This document shows positions 24,982-31,810 of a stretch of DNA of 43,883 nt, piece after piece (the first letter of the stretch is position 1; each line of letters opens with the position of its first letter). Source of the DNA: an uncultured Pseudomonadales bacterium (GTDB lineage: Bacteria > Patescibacteriota > Microgenomatia > UBA1400 > PJMF01); NCBI GenBank assembly GCA_964394125.1, contig CAYMVN010000001.1, positions 1-43,883 of the forward strand, given 5' to 3'. A program made the position numbers and the translations under genes. The notes beneath the pieces are model-generated. The model made no database searches. It saw only the letters and a list, made by a program, of their open reading frames with translations, and was not told the DNA's origin.

Positions 24982-26391
24982 CTAACCTTCTTTCAATGAA
25001 GCTAAGAATGCCTTGTTAGACTTGCTCTTCTTCAGTTGCTCCATAAATACTTGCGTTCGCTCTTCTTTGTCGAAGGTGTCGAGCATGCGGTGTAGCGTAG
25101 CAACAGATTGATACGTCATACTATCTACCAACAAGTCATCTCGGCGAGTGCCCGATCGCTGCACATCAATTGCTGGATGGATACGTCTTTCAGCCAGTCT
25201 TCTGTCAAGGTGAATTTCTTGATTACCAGTACCCTTAAACTCTTCGTACACCAGGTCGTCCATACGTGAACCGGTATCAACGAGTGCAGTACCAATAATT
25301 GTCAGTGAACCCTGTACTTCAAAGTTACGAGCAGCACCAAAGAACTTCTTTGGTGGGAAGAGTGCAGCTGGGTCGAAACCACCAGAGAGCGTTCTTCCAG
25401 AAGTTGGAATTGATAAGTTGTATGCACGAGCCAACCGGGTAATTGAGTCAAGGAGGATGAGAACATCTTTCCCTGCTTCTACCATACGTTTAGCTTTTTC
25501 GAGTGCAAGTTCAGCGACTCGGCACTGATCATCTGCAGATTCGTCGAAGTTACTTGCTGCAACTTCACCTTTGTTCTTAGTGATTTGAGCGATGTGTCTA
25601 CGAATATCAGTAACTTCTTCAGGACGCTCACCAACAAGCACTGCCATGACATGAATTTCTGGATGATTTGTGGCAACACCAGTAGCAATTTCTTTCAAAA
25701 GTGTTGTTTTACCAGCTTTTGGAGGAGAAACGATAAGACTTCTCTGCCCTTTTCCAATTGGAGCAATGAGATCAATTACGCGCAGAGACAGTGGTTCTTC
25801 ACCAGTCTCTAGCTTAATTTGCTCATCAGGATACACAGGAGTCAGTGACTTAAACTTCACCCGATCGAGCTTCAAAAACTCATCAAGTGCCATGCCGTTG
25901 ACTGAGTCAACTTTTAACAGACCCCAATACCGCTCATTCTCTTTAGGATAGCGAGCAGGGCCAGTCACGATGTCACCAGGACGTAACTTAAAGCGTCGAA
26001 CTTGTGAACTTGAAATATACACGTCGTTCTCGTCGTCACCACTCATGTTAACGCGAAGGACACCGTGTCCGTCTTTTGAGGTATCGAGCACACCAGTTAC
26101 AACTGCACTTGGTTCTTCTTTCTCGACTCGAGCTGGGCGCTGTTGCGGCGCCGGGTTCTGACGAAGTGGCAGCACTTTTGGTAAAAACTTAGGCTGTTGT
26201 GGCTGCAGTGGTTGCACCGGCACCACAGGAATTGTTTTTTGTGCAGGCTGCACACTTGGTGCTATGGCCTGAACAGGAGCTGGGGCAGGTACTATAACTG
26301 GTGCTGCAGCTGCAGATTCAGTAGGAACTGACACAATAACAGGTGTTTCTTCAGACATAACTTTTGGTTCTGCTTTCGGGGTTCTTGGCAT
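24982..26391 (-). CDS. rho: Transcription termination factor Rho with a Pro/Gln/Val-rich N-terminal extension
   Basis: The RNA-binding domain region reads GVLRV...DVYISSSQVRRFKLRPGDIVTG. Walker A is PPKAGKTTLL, followed by LLDSITRLARAYN and GSLTIIGTALVDTGSRMDDLVYEEFKGTGNQEIHLDR. The first ~95 aa are low-complexity P/V/Q/A. Confidence 0.95.
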   Translation of the reverse strand: MPRTPKAEPKVMSEETPVIVSVPTESAAAAPVIVPAPAPVQAIAPSVQPAQKTIPVVPVQPLQPQQPKFLPKVLPLRQNPAPQQRPARVEKEEPSAVVTGVLDTSKDGHGVLRVNMSGDDENDVYISSSQVRRFKLRPGDIVTGPARYPKENERYWGLLKVDSVNGMALDEFLKLDRVKFKSLTPVYPDEQIKLETGEEPLSLRVIDLIAPIGKGQRSLIVSPPKAGKTTLLKEIATGVATNHPEIHVMAVLVGERPEEVTDIRRHIAQITKNKGEVAASNFDESADDQCRVAELALEKAKRMVEAGKDVLILLDSITRLARAYNLSIPTSGRTLSGGFDPAALFPPKKFFGAARNFEVQGSLTIIGTALVDTGSRMDDLVYEEFKGTGNQEIHLDRRLAERRIHPAIDVQRSGTRRDDLLVDSMTYQSVATLHRMLDTFDKEERTQVFMEQLKKSKSNKAFLASLKEG

Positions 26392-26506
26392 ACAATAACC
26401 GCCCTTTTCGTTAACATTAAATACTACTTATATAACGTGAAATACATGAAAAATCTAAACTTTTGAAGTCACTTTATCTGCGCGAAAACTTGAGAACAAT
26501 GCGTGT

Positions 26507-26535
26507 ATTATGTCAAAAAAGACGAGTTTTGTCAA
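26507..26535 (-). promoter_or_regulatory. Sigma70-type promoter upstream of rho (TTGACA-17-CATAAT on the minus strand)
   Basis: The minus-strand reading is cTTGACAaaactcgtcttttttgaCATAATac. The -35 is at 26535..26530, the spacer is exactly 17 nt, and the -10 is at 26512..26507. This predicts a leader of ~105-110 nt. Confidence 0.55.
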
Positions 26536-26582
26536 GTAAATGTAACAGGGCACCCAAATCTCCCATTAGTTCAGCTTTGTGG

Positions 26583-27308
26583 TTAATCAATCAGCCGCGC
26601 GTAGCGGAAGTATCGTATTGGCGAGTTTAAGTACTTGCAGGTGTACAAGATGAGGTTTGCCGAGTAGTCAGTAATTTGACTCCCCTCGTCTTCTGCATAG
26701 ATTTCATATGTGTACTTTTTTTGTTCGTAGATAATCTCGATGGTATCTCCCGGGTGCGTTTCAGTGAGCGAGTAAAAAGAGTTCCGCTTACCAAAGTCTG
26801 TTTTCCACCACCACTTCCACCCATAGCGATGCGCAGCAATAATGGTTGGTTGTGTTGTATCTCCTGGCCGTCCAAAGTCTGGTACCATCCACGCGCCTTG
26901 TTCAAGCGCTTCATCTGAATTGGTAAGCGCTTGGGCCTGAGTATCCACACCGATAAGGGGAATACGAATTCTTGTTTCTATTGGCAGTGAACGGTCTTGC
27001 ACTCTGACTGGTGCAGGAACTGGTGTTGCGCTTGGGGCAGGTTCAGCAGCAACACTTTCTGGAGCAAGCGCAAAAACCTCGTCTTGTTGCGTATCTGTTG
27101 TTAACCGTGACCAAACTTCTGGAATAACAATACTGCCAATAATAAGTACTGTCGCAACAATGATACTAATGAGCAAAAATTGAGCACAGAGTCGGAGAAC
27201 CCGTGTGAGTGAGTACTTGGAACGTCTTTTTGCACCAACAAGCCGCTTACGAACAAGAGGAAAGTGCGTCTGCAGCAGTGTTCCCTGTGTTTCTAGAGTC
27301 AAGGTCAT
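26583..27308 (-). CDS. Sortase family transpeptidase
   Basis: It has a TM anchor (FLLISIIVATVLIIGSIVI), a catalytic His context (TIIAAHRYG), a Cys context (LILYTCKY, of the TLxTC type), and a downstream Arg (RYFRYARL). The ORF is open to 27347, but the ATG at 27308 (MTLTLETQG) sits 7 nt downstream of an extended -10 box. The upstream 13 codons are AT-rich promoter sequence. Confidence 0.8.
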   Translation of the reverse strand: MTLTLETQGTLLQTHFPLVRKRLVGAKRRSKYSLTRVLRLCAQFLLISIIVATVLIIGSIVIPEVWSRLTTDTQQDEVFALAPESVAAEPAPSATPVPAPVRVQDRSLPIETRIRIPLIGVDTQAQALTNSDEALEQGAWMVPDFGRPGDTTQPTIIAAHRYGWKWWWKTDFGKRNSFYSLTETHPGDTIEIIYEQKKYTYEIYAEDEGSQITDYSANLILYTCKYLNSPIRYFRYARLID

Positions 27309-27315
27309 GTTCTGT

Positions 27316-27344
27316 ATTATATCAATATGTATCAAAATATACAA
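27316..27344 (-). promoter_or_regulatory. Promoter of the sortase-rho operon (TTGTAT-17-TGaTATAAT); predicts a leaderless mRNA
   Basis: The minus-strand reading is TTGTAT(27344..27339)-17 nt-TATAAT(27321..27316), with TG at the extended -10 position. It is followed by ACAGAAC (7 nt) and then ATG at 27308. No SD is possible. Confidence 0.45.
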
Positions 27345-27391
27345 CAATATAGGATACTATTAAGAATGTGTGCAGAAAAAAATAAAAAGAA

Positions 27392-27454
27392 TAAAAAAAA
27401 GCGTTGTGTGGAAGCTCGGCTGCCTGCCCAACTGCCGAACCTCCACACAACGCT
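27392..27454 (-). terminator. Strong Rho-independent terminator on the minus strand, with no annotated gene upstream of it
   Basis: A 13-bp perfect stem pairs AGCGTTGTGTGGA (27400..27412) with TCCACACAACGCT (27442..27454). An inner 5-bp helix pairs TCGGC with GCCGA. On the minus strand the stem is followed by U8, then AUUCUUUUUAUUUUUUU. Confidence 0.6.
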
Positions 27455-27493
27455 CTGAACCACTTATATATAGAGATAGTGAGAAAGATTTCG

Positions 27494-27522
27494 TTTACAA
27501 ATCACTCCACTCACTCTATAGT
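27494..27522 (+). promoter_or_regulatory. Orphan sigma70-type promoter (TTTACA-17-TATAGT)
   Basis: TTTACA at 27494..27499, an exact 17-nt spacer, and TATAGT at 27517..27522. The predicted TSS is ~27529. Confidence 0.45.
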
Positions 27523-27528
27523 AGACCT

Positions 27529-27620
27529 ACTTACACTTCTCCATACCTAAAAAGATGGAGATATTCAGAAAAAAGGCATTGTTATACGTGGTCTGTCCAG
27601 CGATAATGATGCTTTTTTTT
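27529..27620 (+). ncRNA. Candidate ~90-nt small RNA, or the 5' part of a small toxin-like mRNA
   Basis: It is bounded by the promoter at 27494..27522 and the terminator at 27576..27620. It contains a 5' hairpin TCTCCAT/ATGGAGA (27538..27561), an A-rich linker and a terminator hairpin. No known RNA family was recognised. Confidence 0.3.
27575..27620 (+). terminator. Rho-independent terminator on the plus strand; weaker on the minus strand
   Basis: GCATTGTTAT (27576..27585) pairs with ATAATGATGC (27603..27612) through 8 Watson-Crick and 2 G-U pairs. Inner CG/CG and TGG/CCA pairs extend the helix, and T8 follows (27613..27620). On the minus strand the two G-U pairs become C-A mismatches and are followed by only T6. 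Confidence 0.5.
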
Positions 27621-27678
27621 GTCTCTCCAGCTCTTCTTAAGATTTTCGTGTTTTCAGTTCCACTTTGCTGTATACATT

Positions 27679-27707
27679 AGTATAGCGTTTCGGGTTCCTA
27701 TCGTCAA
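27679..27707 (-). promoter_or_regulatory. Orphan sigma70-type promoter on the minus strand (TTGACG-17-TATACT)
   Basis: The minus-strand reading is TTGACG(27707..27702)ataggaacccgaaacgcTATACT(27684..27679). The predicted TSS is ~27672. The transcript would be antisense to the plus-strand unit and would end at the 27392..27454 terminator. Confidence 0.45.
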
Positions 27708-27844
27708 CCTATAAGAATATAGGTACCCTCTTTTACATATCTCATAATTTTAATTATGTATTATTTATTGACTGATATGAAAAACATATTAACACAATAA
27801 CTACGACTGTTGATAAAGAGTTAAATATTTTACCTACAAAAAAA

Positions 27845-27853
27845 TGCTATACT
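27845..27853 (+). promoter_or_regulatory. Extended -10 element TGcTATACT, 7 nt upstream of the ATG at 27861; predicts a leaderless mRNA
   Basis: TGCTATACT, then ACGAACT (7 nt), then ATG. There is no SD. The geometry matches the sortase promoter. Confidence 0.4.
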
Positions 27854-27860
27854 ACGAACT

Positions 27861-30011
27861 ATGCAAGATCGCCATGTTGCTTTTGAGCTTAAAGTCTCCA
27901 AGACGAACACCTACACATCAGAATCCATCGTTCCATTCTTGTCTACTCTCCCCGAGTTGCACAACTACTGGTGGGATCATCTGTTACAACGCTTCGAGCA
28001 CTTGAGTCTGGAAATTCACGTTAAAGATCAACGTGTCTCGTTTGTTTTGTTCTGCCCTGAGCGCACTGCCGACTACACTATTAGTATCCTCACCGCTGCT
28101 TACCCTGATGTACTGGTAGTTCCCCTCACCGACGACCCCTTGTTTACCATCAGTGAAGAAACCAAGCGCGAGTACTCGGTTGGAACAGTCCGACTCTCCA
28201 ATGGCTCTGACTTGCCTCTCAAGACATTCCGCGAGTTCTCACAGAGTGACTCACTGATGCCCCTCTTAGCAACACTTTCGCAGTTGAAGCAGAAAGACCA
28301 TGCGGTTATTCAGTACGTTATTAGCAAAGAAACGGGACTCTTCTCTGCACCTTCTTTGAGTACCACCCCGCATCCGCAACAAGCACTCATCGATCAAAAA
28401 AAGAATCAACAATCCTGTTTGGTATCGATTCGGCTTTTAGTTGGTTCCGCAACAAAACACAGAAGCACTCACCTACTTGAAACGCTCGCTCAAACATTTC
28501 AAGCCATCACTAAAAGTGAGAGTAACTCGCTAGTACTGCACAAGGCATACCTGCTTCCAGAGCAACTGAAACACCGAATTATTGAGCGGTCGTTTGGCTA
28601 CTTTGATGCACACGTTTTTTCTGTAGATGAGCTGGCGACACTCTTCCATCTGCCAACACCCGTTATCGCCAGCATTCCGAACATTGTTTGGGGTCGTAAG
28701 CTCCTTGGTGAACCACCAGAGAACCTACCGATCATCACTCCCGATATGCCTGCAGAGGAGAAAAAGGAAATTAACGCATTTGCACGAACAACCTTCAAAA
28801 ATAGCCCAACTGTATACGGGATTCACCGGTTAGATAGACGCAGACACATGTACGTGATTGGAAAAACGGGTACCGGTAAGTCGACACTACTCGCAAACAT
28901 GGCAATTAGTGATTTGAAGAATAATGAGGGTATGTGCGTCATCGACCCCCACGGCGATTTAGTAGAGACGCTCCTCAACTACATTCCTTCGCATCGCATT
29001 AACGATGTTATCTACTTCGACCCCAGTGATCCTGAGAAAACTGTTCAGATTAACTTGTTTGAAGGTACGAACATTGTGCACCGTGAGCTTATCGCTTCTG
29101 GTATTGTGTCTGTTTTTAAGAAGCTCTACGCCTACTCTTGGGGGCCACGACTTGAGTATATTTTGCGCAATGCGCTGCTCACCTTACTAAAAAGTGAGAC
29201 CGCTCGACTTTCAGATATTATCGAGATGCTCACGAATAAGTCATTCCGCCAGAAGTTAGTTGCGCAGCTTGATGATGATATTCTCAAAAACTTCTGGGAG
29301 CTTGAGTTCGACACCATGCAAGATAAACTCCGTACTGAAGCCATAGCGCCAATTCTTAATAAAGTTGGTCAATTTGTGTCTTCTCCCCTGGTTCGTGACG
29401 TAGTGAACTCGCGCTACAGCTCTTTTAGCATTGAGGAAGCTATGGACACAGGGAAAATTATCCTTGTTAATTTATCACAAGGAAAATTAGGCGAAGATAA
29501 CGCGACACTTCTCGGGGCAATGCTCATTACTAAGATTCAACTTGCAGCGATGGCGCGGGTGCATATTTTAGAAGAAGATCGCAAGGACTTTTACTTGTAC
29601 GTCGATGAGTTCCAGAACTTTGCGACTGAGTCATTTAGTAAGATTCTCTCTGAAGCAAGAAAGTACCGCCTCGACCTTATCCTTGCGAATCAGTACATGG
29701 GGCAGATACCAGAAGACGTGCAGAAAGCCATCTTTGGAAACTGTGGTAGTATCATGAGTTTTGTAACCGGTTCTGAAGATGCCGGTGTTTTGGCTCGTGA
29801 GTTTAACAACCGGTACACCGCTGACGAGCTTGTTTCTTTAGGGAAGCACCAGATCATCAATAAGATAACTATTAACAATATGATCTCTGAGCCATTCCCT
29901 GCTGAGACACTGCCGCTCGCAAAAAGTAACAACAAAAATAAAGATAAAGTTATTAAAGTGAGCCGTGAACGCTATGCTGCAAATAAAAAACCGGCACTAA
30001 ATAAGACTTAG
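27861..30011 (+). CDS. Type IV secretion coupling-protein-like (TraD/VirD4/TraG family) P-loop ATPase with a novel ~330-aa N-terminal domain and no TM anchor
   Basis: Walker A context is YVIGKTGTGKSTLLANMAISDL..GMCVIDPHGDL and Walker B is FYLYVDEFQNF. The TraG/TraD C-terminal pattern reads LSEARKYRLDLILANQYMGQIPEDVQKAIFGNCGSIMSF. I could not see any hydrophobic helix or known domain in the N-terminal third. Confidence 0.7.
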   Translation: MQDRHVAFELKVSKTNTYTSESIVPFLSTLPELHNYWWDHLLQRFEHLSLEIHVKDQRVSFVLFCPERTADYTISILTAAYPDVLVVPLTDDPLFTISEETKREYSVGTVRLSNGSDLPLKTFREFSQSDSLMPLLATLSQLKQKDHAVIQYVISKETGLFSAPSLSTTPHPQQALIDQKKNQQSCLVSIRLLVGSATKHRSTHLLETLAQTFQAITKSESNSLVLHKAYLLPEQLKHRIIERSFGYFDAHVFSVDELATLFHLPTPVIASIPNIVWGRKLLGEPPENLPIITPDMPAEEKKEINAFARTTFKNSPTVYGIHRLDRRRHMYVIGKTGTGKSTLLANMAISDLKNNEGMCVIDPHGDLVETLLNYIPSHRINDVIYFDPSDPEKTVQINLFEGTNIVHRELIASGIVSVFKKLYAYSWGPRLEYILRNALLTLLKSETARLSDIIEMLTNKSFRQKLVAQLDDDILKNFWELEFDTMQDKLRTEAIAPILNKVGQFVSSPLVRDVVNSRYSSFSIEEAMDTGKIILVNLSQGKLGEDNATLLGAMLITKIQLAAMARVHILEEDRKDFYLYVDEFQNFATESFSKILSEARKYRLDLILANQYMGQIPEDVQKAIFGNCGSIMSFVTGSEDAGVLAREFNNRYTADELVSLGKHQIINKITINNMISEPFPAETLPLAKSNNKNKDKVIKVSRERYAANKKPALNKT

Positions 30012-31379
30012 TTCTTGCAGTACTTTGAGTACAGTTTTGTACTCGCTTGGTAAAAATATATTTTTAAACTTGAGACGCTTGAGTTCTTTACCTCTTCTCT
30101 CGGTCAGTTGAATTGAACGAACTTCTCCGAGCAGACCCAGTTCACCCACAACTGCAGTCTGTGCAGGAACAGCTTTATTCTTCAGCGAGCTCACTAATGC
30201 CACAGCAATTGCTAGATCGAGTGCTGGCTCTTTTGTTGAGTATCCCCCAGCCAAACTAACAAAAATATCGTACTCGTCAAATGGCATGCGGCAATACTTC
30301 TGTAATACTGCGGTAATAACTTGAAGTCTGCTGAGCTCTACTCCACGGCCAACACGTCTTGGCATTGCCAGTGGCGACTTTACGACCAGCGCCTGAACTT
30401 CAAGCGCAAGTGGTCGTGTCCCTTCAAGTACACAGGTGCAAACTGAGCCTGGTACAGACTGATCTTGATGCTCAACAAAGAAACTACTGGCATTTTCTAC
30501 TGAGTAAAATCCGTACTCAGTTAACTGTAAAACACCCACTTCATCAGTTGCTCCAAACCTGTTTTTGACCGCTCGTAATAAGCGTAATTCTCCTGTTCTT
30601 TCGCCAGAAAGTTCAACTACTGCATCAACAATGTGTTCAAGTACTTTTGGCCCAGCGATTTGCCCCTCTTTTGTGACGTGTCCTACAAGAAAAACTGGGA
30701 ATGAGTGCTTCTTAGCTAGGTTAGTTATAATTTCGGTGCAGTAGCGAACTTGCCCGACACTCCCTGCTCCACCAGAAAGTTGTTCGGTGCTAACAGTTTG
30801 AATACTATCGACTATCACCAGTCGTGGTTTTTCATCAGCAATGATTGCTGCCACACTATCAATGTCAGTTGTAGTAACAAACAGCAGCGCATCAGTTTGT
30901 GCTTTTTGTTTTGTCTCTTTTGATTTTTCGAGTAACCGGTTTATTCTGAGAACGATCTGAGAAGGACTCTCCTCTCCACAGACATAGAGAATTTTTCGCG
31001 AGTCCCCTTCTTCAGCTGCTCGCTCGACCTCGTGAAGCACAACTTGCGTCAGCAAAGTTGACTTACCAATACCCGGTTCTCCTCCCAGGAGGATAACAGC
31101 GCCTGCAACCATTCCTTGTACAGAATTATCACTGCCTAAAACACGGTCTAACTCCCCAACTCCTGTAGAAAAACGCTGTTTTGCGCCTTTCACGAGCTCG
31201 ACTTGAGAGAAGGAAATACTATTTTTTTCTAAAGAATGCTTTTCAGCTCTGATAAGAGTCTTGTCTTGGACTTCTTCGACAAGTGTGTTCCACGCCCCAC
31301 AACTACTGCACTGCCCAGTCCAGCGAGGAAACTCAGTTCCACAGGTTTGACACACAAATACTGTTTTTAGTTTTGCCAT
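29997..31379 (-). CDS. radA: DNA repair protein RadA/Sms
   Basis: The zinc ribbon is FVCQTCGTEFPRWTGQCSSCGAWNT. Walker A is LLGGEPGIGKSTLL and the KNRFG motif is AVKNRFGATDEVG. A Lon-like C-terminal domain follows. The 3' end overlaps the convergent upstream gene by 15 nt. Confidence 0.95.
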   Translation of the reverse strand: MAKLKTVFVCQTCGTEFPRWTGQCSSCGAWNTLVEEVQDKTLIRAEKHSLEKNSISFSQVELVKGAKQRFSTGVGELDRVLGSDNSVQGMVAGAVILLGGEPGIGKSTLLTQVVLHEVERAAEEGDSRKILYVCGEESPSQIVLRINRLLEKSKETKQKAQTDALLFVTTTDIDSVAAIIADEKPRLVIVDSIQTVSTEQLSGGAGSVGQVRYCTEIITNLAKKHSFPVFLVGHVTKEGQIAGPKVLEHIVDAVVELSGERTGELRLLRAVKNRFGATDEVGVLQLTEYGFYSVENASSFFVEHQDQSVPGSVCTCVLEGTRPLALEVQALVVKSPLAMPRRVGRGVELSRLQVITAVLQKYCRMPFDEYDIFVSLAGGYSTKEPALDLAIAVALVSSLKNKAVPAQTAVVGELGLLGEVRSIQLTERRGKELKRLKFKNIFLPSEYKTVLKVLQELSLI

Positions 31380-31381
31380 AC

Positions 31382-31807
31382 TTACTTCTGTAACGCTGCC
31401 AGTGTTTTAGATGTTGAAACAGCTGGATTATGCTCATGGACAACTACAACTTTTCCACCAATTTCCTCCATCAGCGTCCGCTTTTCTTTTTGATAGAGCG
31501 TGTGTGCTGATACCGCAAGTATATCTGGTTTGAGTTCTGCAAGTAACTGCCGGTGATCAGCCTGAGTTGAGAACTGCTCGGGCAGAATGAATATTCGGTC
31601 AGCCAGGTTGAGATCAGCGAGCGCGTTCACTCGCACAGCAGCTGTTTGCACTGGTCTACCCTCACCCTTGAGAGCACGAACGCGTGCATCACTTTCGACA
31701 CCAATAAGAAGCGTGTGCCCGAGAGCATGTGCTTTGTGCAAAAACGCGATGTGTTCAGCGTGTAGCAGATCAAACACACCGGTAACTAAGACAATTGGAT
31801 GCTGCAT
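31382..31807 (-). CDS. Cytidylyl/adenylyltransferase-family nucleotidyltransferase (RfaE domain II / TagD-like)
   Basis: The HxGH-type motif is TGVFDLLHAEHIAFL. It then reads LLIGVESDARVRALKGEGRPVQTAAVRVNALADLNLADRIFIL, which fits the sugar-phosphate nucleotidyltransferase pattern. Confidence 0.75.
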   Translation of the reverse strand: MQHPIVLVTGVFDLLHAEHIAFLHKAHALGHTLLIGVESDARVRALKGEGRPVQTAAVRVNALADLNLADRIFILPEQFSTQADHRQLLAELKPDILAVSAHTLYQKEKRTLMEEIGGKVVVVHEHNPAVSTSKTLAALQK

Positions 31808-31810
31808 GTA

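Larger units (their letters stand above)
27392..27672 (-). ncRNA. Candidate ~280-nt antisense/non-coding RNA
   Basis: It is defined only by the minus-strand promoter (27679..27707) and terminator (27392..27454). The longest minus-strand ORFs in this interval are 16 codons or fewer. Confidence 0.3.

Noticed and set aside
27370-27606. A 78-aa, very basic ORF (GTG start) spanning most of the sortase/coupling-protein spacer.
   Set aside because: It begins in an A-run, contains the 13-bp perfect inverted repeat of the minus-strand terminator, and ends inside the plus-strand terminator stem. The K/R-rich composition reflects poly-A tracts. The signals fit RNA elements better than a CDS.
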